Below the pieces are notes generated by a model that saw only the letters and a list, made by a program, of their open reading frames with translations, made no database searches and was not told the origin of the DNA. Position numbers and translations under genes: made by a program. From the NCBI RefSeq assembly GCF_020745735.1, contig NC_083410.1, positions 41,700,117-41,764,116 of the forward strand: 64,000 bases of DNA. The letters run 5' to 3'. Shown in pieces: positions 1 through 13,761 of this stretch. The stretch is from Hemiscyllium ocellatum. Taxonomy: Eukaryota. The first letter of the stretch is position 1. The number at the start of each line of letters is the position of its first letter.

Positions 1-68
1 CCAAAGTATGTATAATGGGTTGTAATTCTGTATTGAATGCAACATTTTCCCCCATGTGTCTTTATCAG

Positions 69-196
69 ATCCTGAAAGTGTGGATGAAGGATTGTTGCAA
101 TTTAGTCTCTGCCAGCTGAAACTGCTTCACCTTTATACTTGTGTGGACCAGCTCAACGCTAAAGACCTTGAACATGGTGAAGCCAAAACGAGCAAT
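69..196 (+). CDS. RAB3GAP2: RAB3GAP2 coding exon (first in window; about exon 19 counting back from the human 35-exon model)
   Basis: ttatcag|AT..AAT|gtaagt; encodes (D)[22 protein letters not shown], matching recalled human [21 protein letters not shown]. Confidence 0.93.
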
Positions 197-456
197 GTAA
201 GTAGTTGTGTGAAGGTGCATTCAGTGTGTTTGAATGGATATAGTGTTTTAAATTGTTAAATTGTGATGGTACTTATAAAAATAAAAGCTAGAATTTGATT
301 TATACTTTTTGTCTTCAATGAATGTTTTCTCAAGTATGTTTTGCTTCGAATAATTTTGTCATTAGAAAACACTAGAAAAATAAACTTTTACAGACAATAG
401 TTAACATTAACATCCCATTTATTCCTTTCACTTTTTTTGGTGATGTTTGTTGGCAG

Positions 457-670
457 GACTTGGCTACTTTGCTGCGATTGGAAGAAAGGGAAATTGTAAA
501 AATTCAAACGCTGCTGGATAATTATAAACAAGGAAACACCAGATGTGCAGTCCACTTTGAGGAGGACAAAAACTATAAACTACCAATCCAAATGTTTCTG
601 GAATATCTTGAGTTTGAAAAAGAAGTAATCAATGTGAAGAAACTAAGTGAAGATGAGTGTGTGGCTTTAG
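457..670 (+). CDS. RAB3GAP2: RAB3GAP2 coding exon
   Basis: ggcag|GAC..TTAG|gtaagt; DLATLLRLEEREIVKIQTLLDNYKQ...FLEYLEFEKEVINVKKLSEDECVAL; 214 nt, phase 0 to 1. Confidence 0.95.
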
Positions 671-1574
671 GTAAGTATACATAAATCTTTGAGACTTTTA
701 GATGCTTTGTGTTGTGCACAGAAATTGATATAAAATTATTGCAGAAAATTGCACCCACTTGATGTTTATCACTCTATTTCTGATAAATTTTTTTTTACAG
801 GATTAGCTAATCATTCTGAATATTTTGTCCATCCAAAGTCCATTTTCTAGACAGCAATACTAATATAAAATTAAACTAATTTGTTTTGGAAGATAGTTGA
901 GGCAGTGCTAATGTCACAGGGCACGTGCTCCAGAATATCAGACTAATGCTGTGGGGGCATATGTTCAAATGACAGCTGGTGGAATGTCATGACATAATGC
1001 TATAATACAAGATTTTGCTCCATTTTGCTGTTTAATAGCAATTGCAGGATGATTGAAAGACAAAAATGGGGTGCAAACATTTAAAAATAGTATGACAGGG
1101 GAAGTTTCATCCCTCCTTGAAGTCTGGTTAGCATTTGTGAATGGAGAAAGGCTGAACAGTACAAAGTTCAGAAGAATTTCGCATATTTAAAAAGATAGTA
1201 AACCTTGACATATACCTAATGAAACATTGTTTGTTTATGAATTGTTTGTCAGACTTGCATAATTAAATTGGAAACTAGCTTTGATTATGCATCATAACTT
1301 ACCCTTCTTAGGCAATGCAGCATTCCATCAAATTCAATTATTTGGAAAATCTCAACTGCAGTATTATACAAGATTTATATGTGCACATTTTCCTTCAGTG
1401 CTAAGTTGTATATATAAATTGCCCTTGTGTGCTTTCATTTGGTATATTTGATGGCTTGTTTTTATTACAGTTAATGTAAACTGCTTGGCATTAAGTGAAA
1501 AATTTAATAAGAATTCAGCAATCCAACTGAAATGAAATTTTTAATGTTATTTTTTAAAATTTTTTTTGTTGCAG

Positions 1575-1672
1575 GAGGTTTCTTTTTTTGGAAGTCTCTC
1601 TGTGGGGGAAGCTCTGCAGAGGAAATGTGCCGTTTGCTGGAGTCTGCAGGAGCGAGGCCTCAACAGTTCTTG
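1575..1672 (+). CDS. RAB3GAP2: RAB3GAP2 coding exon
   Basis: ttgcag|GA..TTG|gtaagt; GFFFWKSLCGGSSAEEMCRLLESAG. Confidence 0.95.
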
Positions 1673-2527
1673 GTAAGTTTCTGGTACATGCAGGTACATG
1701 AGGTAAATGAATTTGTCTTGACCTTGTAGACATCAGAAGATAAGTAAAACAGAAGCCCAGGTTTATATACAGTATTTTGTTGTAAACCTTTGCTCTGTAT
1801 TTGCTTCATGTTTGTGATATGGTATTAATAGGATGCAATACATGACTTGTCTGTGAAGAAATACAGCACACAGCAAAAATATGCTAGCAGGTATGTCTAG
1901 GAAATATGTCTACTCAATTTACATTGAGTTACAAAATATTATGCATAAAGTTTTATGACTGTACTGAGCAATCATTTCTATTGCTGTTCCAAAGGTACAC
2001 ACCTGTCAATTTATTTCTTGTTGAAAATGGATAACTATTTACTGAATCCTGCAAATGAAAACAATAAATTTTGCCTTTAGTGATACATTATCTTTCCACT
2101 ATTTATCAAGGAACTAGTGATTGTACTGAACATCAGTACAGACTATTATTGATTCCAATGACTCTTCTAATGGGAAGCTTCTTAGCAAAGTATTTGTCAA
2201 TATATTACATACCAAGTTTTAATTCCGCCACTAAAGTCTTGACCCTTTTGATGTGCATCACTTGACTTCATATTAGTATACTGATTTAACAACCATTTCT
2301 TTTCCTCCTATAAACTGTAGTTTAAATCATATTGAAATCAATTATTGAATATTCCCCTCACTAACAGTGTAACTGGATTAGGGTTATATTATTCATTGTC
2401 AATATTGGTGTCTGACAATAGTTATCTTATTTTTGTATGTTTTGGAGATGACAGAATGGGCAGTTATAGCAGTTTTAAGGACATGTATTTTATTTTTACT
2501 CTCTCTCTATTCCCCCCCCCTCCCCAG

Positions 2528-2633
2528 ACATTACTTCTCAGTATGTGGCTCTATAAAGAGAGAGAAATTCTCAAGAGTGAGGAATCCATTCACAACCTCC
2601 ACATGACGCTGTCTGTCTTAAACCAGATGAAAG
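2528..2633 (+). CDS. RAB3GAP2: RAB3GAP2 coding exon
   Basis: ccccag|ACA..AAAG|gtaagg; TLLLSMWLYKEREILKSEESIHNLHMTLSVLNQMK. Confidence 0.95.
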
Positions 2634-4551
2634 GTAAGGTGCTGATTTTATTCATTATCAATAAGTCATATTATAGTTCATTTTGAAAACAAAGTGCTGG
2701 AGAAACACAGCATGTCTGGTAGCATCTATGAAGAGAAAACGTTAGACACTATCAGACCTGTTGAGTTTCCACTTCCCTGGCTAAATGTAATTTCAGTAAC
2801 CTTTCTCTATGAAGAGCACCCCTATTACTGGATTCGCTATCAACCTCTCCATTTCTGTCAGACTCTGGCTGAATATACACTGTACATGGTTGCACTGAAA
2901 CAATTTGCCAAGCTTACTTCAAAAGCATTTGCCTTTCCTTCAGTCTCTTGTTAGTGAAGAGACAAAAACAGTAATATTCTTGGAGTACTTCCAAACTTCT
3001 ATCAAATCACCTGCCATCCTCTTTTGAATGTGTACCATTGTTTGTCAGTTCTGGGTCGATATTTTGAATTCATTATCAGCACCAAGCTTCAGATTCCACA
3101 AGGAATTCACAATAGTTGCAGCCTTCATAGCATTCCCAACCACAACAATATTAAAATGTAGCAAATAATAATACCTCCATGTGCTTTCTTTTTAATAGAA
3201 GTTATCTTCTCCTAGTTAATCTTTTTGCCCAAAAACAGCTTGAATGTGAAAATAACTAAGTGCTGTAATTTGGGCTGTTTTTGAATAAATCAAAGTCATT
3301 CCAAGCATTTTATTCTTTCGCTTCTGATCTGGCATCACTGTTTAGGAATGTTTACATGCCCTTTGTATTTATCTTGCAATCAAGAACATTTAGGCAATTT
3401 TAATGTGGTTTCTTAGAATTACATAAACTCCAGATCATCACACTTCTGCTGTGATGGGGAAGAGGATGTCTTCATTTCCATTTTTTTTGCCATTTGCTTT
3501 GAGTTTGTGACCTAGCTCCTGGCTCACTTGCAGATGGAACTGTTGCTCCTATCTATTGAAAACTATCATAAGTTTGATTATCTCTATTACCCTCTGTGCT
3601 CCAAGGAGAACAATCCCAGCTTCTCCAGTCATCCCATGTAACTGAAGTCCCTTATCCATGGTCTTTTAGGAACCTCTGTAAGGCCTTAGGGTCCTTACTA
3701 AAGTATGTTGCCAAGAATGGAGGACAGTATTCCAACTAAGGCCTGGATAGTGCTTTGAAAGGTAGAATCATAGAATGGTTATGGTACAGAGGAGGTCATT
3801 CTGCTACTCTCTCTGGCTTCACTGCTCTTTCTTTTCTTCCAAATCTGCACATATAACAGTTTTGAACAATTTGATCAAGTATTCACTCAAGGGACGAGAA
3901 AGGAGGTTTGACAGATGAGTTCATAACGATAAATTATTTTCACAGAATAAGTAAGGAGAAACTGTTCCTAGAATAGAAGGATTGATGACTGCGAAATAAC
4001 TAAATGCAATATGAGGGGTAAAAAAAAATTACTCAGTGAACTGCTATAATATGGAGTGGGCTGGTTTGAAAGTTGTGGGATGCTGATTCAATAATGATCA
4101 AAAAAAATTTGGATAAACAATTAAGAAAATTGGGATGGGGCTGCTTTGGGCGAGGTGTCATCAAAGATTGTGGTCTTAAGTGGTGGGTTCAACCAATTGT
4201 GGCAGCTGAGTATACCTGCTCCTGCTGAATCACAAGCTATACTATAAGAACCCTTGTATACTTAATGAAGCTGCTCCTGACTCCATTTTCATGACCAGGC
4301 CTCTTTAACCCTGAAAATCTCAGTCTCCCACAAATATATTTAATTTAATTAAAGAGCATTTACTTTGAGTTCTTCATGCTTAGTGTTGACTTTGAAGGAA
4401 AGTCAAGTTTGGCTGTGTGACAGGACTGTAGACTAATGTCCGTGTGCCTTTGCCTGTTAATGCTGGCCTGTTCATTGGCAGTTACATTAAAAGCCACAAA
4501 ATCTGAAGTTGTTGTTAATCCATTTGTAATTTGAAATTTGTTTCCCTGCAG

Positions 4552-4712
4552 GTGCAATAGATAACTCGTGGGACCTTCAGTCAGTGAGTCCGTGGTGGCA
4601 ACAAATGCGTTCTGTGTGCGCACAGTCTGAGAATATTGGAGCTGCGTTGTTAGCTGCACTTGTTGGAAGAAGTGTGGCCATCAATGCAACAAACAGCCTG
4701 GTTGAAAAAGAT
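4552..4712 (+). CDS. RAB3GAP2: RAB3GAP2 coding exon
   Basis: ctgcag|GT..GAT|gtgagt; [38 protein letters not shown] (not in the ORF track). Confidence 0.95.
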
Positions 4713-5311
4713 GTGAGTAGAACTTTTGTTAATTGTTAACTTTTTGAAACAAAGCAGTTCATTCTGTAGCACTAGTGGGTGCAAAAGTTATCACGTCATC
4801 TTCTTCACACAGTTTGTGTGTGTCACTTCTGTATTTTTAATTACTGTGGAATTTTTTTGGAATCTTGTGCCATGCTTGATAAATATTATTCACTTCTGTT
4901 GAAAATGTGGCTTGCTGTTACTTGGAAATAATAGAAAAGAAATTGCCTCTCTATATCCATGGTCCTTGTGGGAGCTGCAGCAGTTCAATTTCAGTCTTGA
5001 ATCTAAATTGGCAGAGCTCTGTGGAGGATATTAAACAATATAAAAATCTGCATAAGTAGAAGAACAGCTGAGGCTGAAGAAAACTTGGCAGGCATTGGAC
5101 AGTTGAATTAATGACCCCACTGTTAGAAATTAATCTTTGCTGGATTTGAAGAGCTGATCACTCAAACCTAATTTCTATTGCTGGGATTTGAATTCAGTGG
5201 GGTGCATTATTTAATTGTTTTTTGTTCCCTTAAAGTTAGTTGGACTTGCTTCCAGCTTTTTGCTCCTGTGCTCTCTTGCATCTGACTTTCTCTTCTTTTG
5301 TTTCCATAAAG

Positions 5312-5525
5312 CTGGAAGTTATGTCTTCAGATGGAATGACCGATTCTTGGGAAGCATTGTCTCTCGATATGGAACACTGGAATCTATTACTGAGACAGCT
5401 TGAGGATTGCCTTATACTACAAACGTTGCTACACAGCAGAGGGAAAAAAACATCCAGTACAACCTGCCAACGTTCTGAACCACTTACCAGCATTTCTGTA
5501 AAAAAGCTTTTGGAAGGTGGTCGAG
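5312..5525 (+). CDS. RAB3GAP2: RAB3GAP2 coding exon
   Basis: pyrimidine tract + taaag|CTG..CGAG|gtggga; [33 protein letters not shown]...[10 protein letters not shown]; acceptor chosen because it keeps the frame. Confidence 0.9.
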
Positions 5526-5828
5526 GTGGGAGCTTTGCTCTTTGTGTGTGCTCATAAAATTTTTCTTGTATAGTTCAAGACTTGGAGAATAATTTCTGAT
5601 GTTCCCAAAGTCGTCCTCCCTAACTTATGCACAGCAGCAGACATGGACACTAGCAATGCTTTTGTGATTGGTTCCTGGAATCTTGGCTAATAAAGTTGGT
5701 GATTTGGTCATGGGCTACAATTGCACTCTCAGTTGCCAAGCTTAAACTCTCAGCAAGCTTTCAAGTGATTCTCTCTAGGAAATGGAATAGTGATTAGTCT
5801 TTCATTTCTTGGGTTTAGTGTATTTGAG

Positions 5829-6032
5829 GAGAAAGTGAGGTCTGCAGATGCTGGAGATCAGAGCTGAAAATGTGTTGCTGGAAAAGCACAGCAGATCAGG
5901 CAGCATCCAAGCGGCAGGAGAATCTACGTTTCGGGCACGGGCCTGAAGAAGGGCTCATGCCCGAAACGTCGATTCCCCTGCTCCTTGGATGCTGCCTAAG
6001 CTGCTGCGCTTTTCCAGCAACATATTTTCAGC
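5829..6032 (-). mobile_element. fold-back Penelope-derived mini-element with hammerhead core (family A)
   Basis: roughly 80-bp inverted arms plus an asymmetric tail (GAGAAAGTGAGGTCTGCAGATGCTGGAGATC); CTGAAGA-A-GGGC-TCAT-GCCC-GAAACGTC at 5943-5970 (+); 15-bp TSD TTTAGTGTATTTGAG at 5814-5828 and 6033-6047. Confidence 0.85.
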
Positions 6033-7004
6033 TTTAGTGTATTTGAGTCGGATTGACTTTTGTGTTCCTGCAGAAAACATTGCAACCATGCAACTACATA
6101 TTAATCATCCTGGTCTCTGGTTCACTACTTTTGCTGTTTATTGATATCAATTTAGGATTTTGGTTCCTATTTGTTTTAACGTTATATTCTCAGTATGGCA
6201 TTCCTGTTTCTTTTTCTACCATTCTCAAAATATCAACTTTCTTACATTGTTTATAAGCATTGACTTTGATTTCTGGGTTTTGTCTTTTTCACTCTCGTCA
6301 GCTAAGTTTCTCCTTCGCCACCTTGCTTTTCATTCTCTCCGGTTTAATATTCTTTGTTTCAACCCTATAAATTCATTATCTCTGTCTTTAGAGACATCTG
6401 TGACAGTGAAAGGTAAGTCTTTTTAATTAAAATTCTGGTTTTCAGTTGAAGGTTCAATCATCCAATGGCGCTTCCAGTGGTTAAGAATTTTGAGAAACAC
6501 TGAGGCTATCTGCCTTTGTGAAAATCCAGGACTTGAAACTGGAGACTGTTAAAAGTTTCAAATACAACAATGAATCAAAAGTCAAACCCTGTTATTTCCT
6601 CCAATGTTTTTTGAATAACAGTGTATTTAATTGAGTGCTATTAATCAAGAAGTGATACAGCAAAACATTTTACCAAACTACTTTGAGCATTTTGGGTGCA
6701 AATAGATGCATATTGCAATGGCATTTTGTACAGTATTCTAACTCAGGGGTATAACATTTTTAAATATTTTACTGTGATTTGATTGACCGTTTAAAAAAAA
6801 TCAACTATTTCACTTGGAGTAGTGCTTCATTAAAAAGAGGCAAAATGGGAGTTTGTCAAAAGGGTGCACTGATTATCATGAGGGATTTTAACATATATAG
6901 ACTGGAAAAGTAGTCAAGATGATGAATTGATTCAGTGTTTTCACGAGAATTTCTGAAATGAGGATTTTTTCACACGAACCAGGAAGGAGGCTGTACTATT
7001 CTTT

Positions 7005-7217
7005 TGTTGTCCAATTATTTTTCTGTCTCTTTTGGGCTCTATCTCCACCTATTGTTTACATGTTAACCCCTCCCCCAACCATATCTTCTGCATAAAAAGC
7101 AACTTTTTCCTAGCTATCATCAGTTCTGAAGATGGGTCACCAGCCCCAAAACACTGACTCATTTCTCTTCACAGGTGCTGCCAGACTCAGAGTTTTTCGA
7201 GCAATTTCTGCTTTTGT
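7005..7217 (+). mobile_element. degenerate PLE 3' terminal repeat with decayed hammerhead, inserted in an old CR1
   Basis: cagttCTGAAGAtgggtcaccagccc.aaaac followed by the ...caggtgctgccagac... tail shared with the fold-back elements. Confidence 0.6.
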
Positions 7218-7389
7218 ATATTAGACCTGATTTTTGACCAAAATGAGATGAATTACTGACTTTTTATAGTGAAAGTGATCATAATATGATTGAATTTTAC
7301 ATGCACTTTAAGGGAGAGCACTGTGGATCCAACACCATTTTGAATTTAAATAAGAGGACATGAGATAGTTTTGACAAATAGGTTTAAGG

Positions 7390-8708
7390 AGAACCCAAAG
7401 GGATTTTATAAATACATTTAAAAACAAAAGGGTAGCTAGGGAGAGAATAAGGCCCCTCCAAAGAACAGCAAGGCAGCCTCTGTGTGGAGCCACAGGAGAT
7501 GGGGAGATCCTAAACAAGTATTTTTCATCAGTGTTTACTGTGGAGAAGGACATGGAAGATATAGAATGTAGCGAAATCGATGGTGACATCTTGAAAATCT
7601 CCAAATAGCAGAGGAGATAGTGCTGGATGTCTTAAAATGCATAAAGATAGATAAATCCCCAGGACCTGATCAGGTGTACCCAAGAACTCTGTGGGAAGCT
7701 AGAGAAGTGATTGCAAAGCCCCTTGCTGAGATATTTGCATCATCGATAGTCACAGATAGTGCCAGAGGACTGGAGGTTGGCTAATATGGTGCCACTATTT
7801 AGGAGGTGTAGTTTGTAAGTTTGCAGATGACACCAAAGTTGGAGGTGTAGTAGGCAGCGAAGAAAGTTAACTCCGAGTACAATGGGATCTTGATCAGATG
7901 GGCCAATGGGCTGAGAAGTGGCAGGTGGAGTTTAGTTTAGATAAATGTGAGGTGCTGCTTTTTGGAAAGGCAAATCAGAGCAGGACTTATACATCTAATG
8001 GGAAAGTCCTGGGGTGTGTTGCTGAACAAAGAGATCTTGGAGTGCAGTTTATAGTTCCTTGAAAGTGGAGTCACAGGTAGATAGGATAGTGAAGAAAGCA
8101 TTTGGTATGCTTTCCTTTATTGGTCTGAGCATTGAGTAGGGAGGTCATGTTGTGGCTGTACAGGACATTGGTTAGGCCACTTTTGGAATTTTCTGTGTAC
8201 TTCTGGTCTCACTCCTATGGGAAGGATGTTGTGAAACTTGAAAAGGTTCAGAAGAGATTTACAAGGATGTTGCCAGGATTAAAGGATTTAGGCTATAGGG
8301 AGAAGTTGAATAGGCTGGGGCTGTTCTCTCTGGAGCATCGGAGGCTGAGGGGTGACCTTTATAGAGAGGCATGGATAGGAGGAATAGATAAGGTCTTTTC
8401 CCTGGGAAGGGGGAGTCCAGAACTAGAGGGAAAAGGTTTAGGGTGAGAGAGGAAAAAATTTAAAAGGGACCGAAGGGGCAACTTTTTCACGCAATGTATG
8501 GTGCATGTATGGAATGACCTGCCAGAACAAGAGGTGGAGGCTAGTACAAATACAGCATTTAAAAGACGATGGGGATATGAAAGGAAGGGTTCAGAGGAAT
8601 ATGGACAAAGTGCTGGCAAATGCAACTAGATTAATTTAGGATATCTAGTTGGCGTTGATGAGTTGGACAGAAGGGTCTGTTTCTGTGCTCTGCATCTCTA
8701 TGACTCTA
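7390..8708 (+). mobile_element. CR1 (HER1-like) LINE, internally deleted 3' portion
   Basis: KSPGPD, KFADDTK, LYRTLVRPLLE, LEKVQKRFTRMLPG, RRLRGDL; CR1 3' tail ctctatgactcta. Confidence 0.88.
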
Positions 8709-11519
8709 AAGTCAAAGATAGTATCAAACTCCAAAGAAAAGCTATAGTTGCACAAACATAGGTGACCGGTAAAATGATTGGACAGTATAAAATGTCGCAA
8801 AGAATTACTGAGGGATTAGTAAGAAGCCAAAAATTAGAAAATCACAGGCAGTTGGCAAAATCTAGAACAGATACGAAAAGTTTCTTTAAAAATTTCAAAA
8901 AGAAAAGATACTTAACAGTGTAAGTATTGGTCATATAGAAAGTGAATCTGGGGAGTTAATAATGAAGGATAAAGAGATGGCAGGTGAATTGAACAGCAGA
9001 TTACATTAGGGAGGGTACAAGTAATATCTTGGAAATAGCATCTGCGATCGAAAAGGAGGAAGGAGTTGAAGAAAATTACAATTACCAGGCAAGTCATTCC
9101 TGATTTAATTTTATCCTAGGGTAGTGCATGAGATGTTGATGCATTGATTTTAATTTTTCCAAACTCCGATTTGTGGAAAGTTCCTTTAGATTGGAGACTA
9201 GTTAATATAACTCCTTTTATTTAAAAAAGGCAGTGAGGCAGGAAAGTATGAGTCTGTTAGCTTAGCATCTGTCATGGGGAAAGTACTGGAAGCTGCTGTT
9301 AAAAATGTAATAACACGATATTTGGCTAAGTTCAAGGTAATCAGGTAGAGCTAACATGGCTTTGTCAAAGGGAATATGTTTTACTAATTTATTGGAATTT
9401 CTTGAAGTAACTTATGAGCCAGTGGATGTAGTGCACTTAGATTTTTGGAAAGGAGTGTGATTAATATTCCACATCAAAAATCATTATGGAAAATGAAAGT
9501 TTTTGGTGTTTCGGTGGGGGTTGGGGTAACAAATTGGAATGAATAGAAGATTGACTTGTTTATAGAAAGGCAGGAGTAGGAAATAAATGGGTCTTTATCA
9601 GTCTGGTGGGCTGCCACATGTGGTGTGCCATGGGGTTGTGCTTGTGCCTAATGCTCATTAGTTGTATGAAGGACCTGGACGAAAGAGCTGAAAGTAAGAT
9701 AGATAAATTTGCTGATGACACAGAGATAGATAGGAAACTGAATTGTGAAGAAGACAAAAGGAATCTACAAAGGGACTTCGATGGATTGTGAGCAGGTAAC
9801 AAACTGGCAAATGGGGAACAATGTGGAAAATTGAATTGTCTATTTTGGCAGAAACAATGAAAATGAAGTGCGTCATCCAAAGGTGAGACGTTGCAGAACT
9901 TGGAGATGCAGAGAGATCTGGGGGTCCTAGTGCATAAGGTTACCATACAGGTAGAGCAAGCAATTGGGTAGGTAGGATTTTGCTTTAATGTCTCATCCAA
10001 AAGATGACACCTCTGGTAGTTCAGTGTTCCTCTGCATTAGACTCCATTTAATTTTTATTTTAGTTCTGCAGTTGAATAATAAGCGGATTAAAAATTTGTT
10101 TTACTGTTTAAGCATGTTGTTATGCCTTGGATCTATAGTGTTAATAACTTTTTGACAAGCAATTAAATGTGATGGTTTAGCTATAATTTACCTTGAATTG
10201 CTATTTTGATCCAACTCTTGAATTATGATGTGTTATGATTCTATGTTGCAATTCTAAGCAAGTAATTTAGGAGCTAATAAGAAAATATAGGTAAGGATGA
10301 CCATTCATGCCAACTTGTCAATTTTCAGTTATAAAAAACACAAACTTGTTCACTCCTTGGCACCTCCTCTGAACTGCAGCATCTAATTCCTACCAGAAAT
10401 CGTGGGAGTGTTTAACAACACTTGTGCTAGCTTATTGGTGCAAATTGGGTGTTGCTAGTAAATTTCCATTGGTTTCTACCTTGCTACCTCCCTTAAATAT
10501 TGCTATTGCATTAACCTCCCACCAGTTCAGTGTTAATTCCAATCCAGTTCTGATCCTCAAATGCATAATGCCAGGGCTCAGTTCACACATTCCTCAGTTT
10601 TGCTTCCAGTATTCTGGAGTGAGTGATGTTTAGATCCAGCAGTTCGATCAGCTTTGAGATCTGTTTGTTTTTCACGAATGTATACACATTCATTTGGACA
10701 TTCTCTCTTTCAGTATTGCCTGCACATTCAAACTGCCTGTATGATCTGCCTGTAAAGCATATAAAGCAACACTTTTCACTGTACCTTGGTATACATGACA
10801 ATAATGAATCAAATCAAACTGTGTTCTACTGAAGTAAGACTGCTGCAAAGCAGTCATTTAAAAATACACTGGTTTGCTTTGCAGTGTCTTTTTTACTGAC
10901 TTTGTCAGATCTTTTTATTTTTGCTGGCCAAACATAATTAAGAAGAGGATTCTGCTCTTGCTGTCACAGTTACCCAGTGTCCTATTTGATCTGGAACGTT
11001 TTGAGTTTACATGGACTTGTGATTCAATGAATGAAATTTGTATCTTAATTTATAGATTTGAAAGTATGTCTATGAAAATCCAATTTGGCCTTTTTAAAAT
11101 TGTTCTAAATTTCACCCATAGGGAAAATTGATAGTGAAGAATTTGTTATAGGCAAGTGTGTGCAAATGGATTTTTCCTATTTCATAGCATATTTTAAAAG
11201 CAGTGCTGGATATTAACATAAAAGCAAACAAAATTGAGGTGAAGAAATAACAAAATGCTATGTCACTCATTCTCATTTTTAGCAAAGTCATTAACATGCT
11301 GGCTAAATTGCTATATTACTCAACCAGGCATGAATGTGCTTTATTCCATCTTGCTTGCCTCTATAGAATTTGGTTAGATTTGTTTTAATTGATGCTGTTT
11401 TAACACTACAGTGCATTTCCTGTAGGTAAACTTTCAATGCTACAATGGAGCTAGTTACAGGATTTTGACCTAACAACACTGAAGAATTGGCAGTAAATTT
11501 GATCAAGTATGGCATTGAG

Positions 11520-12210
11520 GAACCCTAGCAAAACTAGAGTTAAAGGGAATTGGGGATCAGTATAATTTTTGCTGGTTGGAGTGATGTCTGGTACAAAGAA
11601 AGATGGTTGCTGTCAGTGGAAGTCAGTCATCTCAACTCCAGGATACCTCTGCAGGAGTTCCTCTGGGTGCTGTGCCCAGCCCAACCATCTTCAGCTGCTT
11701 CATGTCAGAAGTGGGGATGTTTACTAATGATTGCACTATTCATGACGACTTAGATACTGAAGCAGTCCATGTCTAAATGCAGCAAGACATGGACAATATA
11801 CAGGCTTGGACTGACATATAGCAAATAATATTTGTGCCAACTGGTGTCTGGCAATGTGTATCTCTACCAAGAGACAGACTAACCCTGACCCCTGGATATC
11901 TAATGGCATTATAATTGCTGAATACCCCACATCAAAATCCTGGGAGTTACTATTAATCAGACCCTGAACTGACCTAGCTATGTAAATACTACTTCCACAA
12001 GAAAAAGCCAGAAGCATGGAATCCTGCAGGAGGTAACTCATTGACTGACCGGCTCCCAGCGCATTCCCACCATCTGTGAGGCAAAAATCAGCAGTGTGAT
12101 GAATTCTCTCCATTTGACTGAATGACTGCACTATTAACAGCAGTCAAGAAGCTTGACACTGTCCAGGGCAAAGCAGCTTGCTTTACTGATACTATTACCT
12201 CAAGCATTCT
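11520..12210 (+). mobile_element. CR1-group LINE RT fragment (second family)
   Basis: decayed GVPQGSVLGP-like and ILGVTI motifs; same family at about 47990-50090 (+) and 61380-62520 (-). Confidence 0.62.
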
Positions 12211-12429
12211 TACATTCCACTGTTAATGCATGGTCGCAGCACTGTATAATTCAAGAGTTACCAGGAGAAAGCGGGAGAATGTGGTTGAGAAACTTATTAA
12301 TCATGATTCATGTCAAAACAGTCACACTTGGGTCTATTTCGTTGTTCATCTCCATTGTTCAGGATGGAGATATGTGTGGAGCTTCCTCCTCAGTAAATTG
12401 TTAAATTACCCATCGTCATTCATGACTAG

Positions 12430-13102
12430 TGTTATGAAGCTGTAGGTTTGTACTCTTTTGAAAGAGTGAAAGCTAGCAAGGACTGACTGAAAGCATAGTG
12501 TGCTGAACAGTTGAAAAATATAATATTTGGTTGTGAAACAAATAGCTGGAGCTACATTGCCATGGTACACAAAATTCTAATTTGGCCAATCAGTTTAAAT
12601 TATGTCCCAAGATCCCAAAATCCAATCTAATTTGAATTTTTATGTTTTGATGACATCAGGCCACTGAGACAGCCCGATGTTTTGGGGTATATAAAATTGG
12701 GTACTTTGAACAACTGGGACAAACAGCAAAGAGCAGTCAAGCACCAGCCGACTGCAGCAGAAGACCAAAGAAAAGATGACCCAGAAAAATCTACAGAGGA
12801 AAATCCAGAAAGGAGAACCAACACAGCTGGCTGGATTTGAAACTTGATTTTTTTTTTGTAAGCCTTAATCGGTGTTTTTGTCGGTATTGTAGAGTGGGAG
12901 GTAAAAGATAGTTTTAAGAAAGGAGTTGTAAATGGTTGTTGTCTAATGTTCTCTTTTGGACTTCAAGAATAAAATTGTTAAATTTTTTTCTTTAGTGATA
13001 TTTGGGATTGTTCTTTGCCACTCGCAATTTAACAGATTATGAGGCAAAGTGAGTCTTTCTGCGTGTCTGGTTTAAATTATCAGAGGAATTTACCTCATAA
13101 CA
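12430..13102 (+). mobile_element. solo LTR (Gypsy-like or ERV-like)
   Basis: TGTTATGA...TCATAACA termini; CTAG/CCAG 4-bp flanks; CCAAT near 12586; TATATAAAA at 12688-12696; AATAAA at 12968-12973. Confidence 0.78.
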
Positions 13103-13587
13103 CCAGATATGGTAGGACTACAAAGATTAGATCTGGTTTGTTGGTTGTGGAATAGATTTCAATGTCTGTTGCTTGTTGCATGTGGTGTTGTGGTACACGA
13201 GTAGTCCTGTGTTGTAGTTATGTCAAGTTGACTCCTAACTTTTAGGTCTGCCTGATGCTGATTGTGACATGGGAATCTGCACTTCATTAAATCAGTCTTT
13301 TCATTTGCCATTCTCAAACACAGCAAATTACATGACAAGTTAACTTCTTCCTTTTGTGTTAACCTGTTTGCAGCATTCATAATTGGTTCTGATTTATTGT
13401 AGACTCTGACTTCAATGTTTATGAAATCCTCGATTATAAGTAATCTAGCCCCCTGAAAATATTGAACAGTAGTGTTTTGAGCCTGTTAAAAGAAGTTATA
13501 TTTTCAAAAGGTTTTGAATTTCATTAACTCATTTATGTTTCTGAAATTTATTGTCATTAACCGTCTGTATTCCTTTGTCTTTCTCAG

Positions 13588-13761
13588 GAGTTGTTGCTGA
13601 TGGAGTGGCAAAATGGGTTTTCAACCTAAATCTTGTTCCGAGCATCTTGAAACAGGCCCATCAACCCAAGAGATTAGAGAATGCAGAGGAACGAGTGGAA
13701 GAAGAGAACAGAGTCCCTGTGAGTGAGAAGTACAAAGAGCTTGACCTAGAAAGGATACTTG
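13588..13761 (+). CDS. RAB3GAP2: RAB3GAP2 coding exon
   Basis: tctcag|GA..CTTG|gtaaga; VVADGVAKWVFNLNL...ELDLERIL. Confidence 0.93.

Larger units (their letters stand above)
6830..9975 (+). mobile_element. old CR1 LINE fragments, interrupted by a PLE relic and a younger CR1
   Basis: KFADDTEI RT motif (ORF 9606-9791) and endonuclease-region remnants near 6860; many stops and frameshifts; boundaries approximate. Confidence 0.7.

Noticed and set aside
4360-4659. 99-aa minus-strand ORF overlapping a RAB3GAP2 exon
   Set aside because: Antisense to a real exon, with no recognisable motifs or splice support.
5829-6032. Fold-back elements as DNA-transposon MITEs or miRNA genes
   Set aside because: Variable 13-15 bp TSDs, a one-sided tail, truncated copies with their own TSDs and PLE-type hammerhead cores fit retro-insertion better; there is no evidence of miRNA processing.
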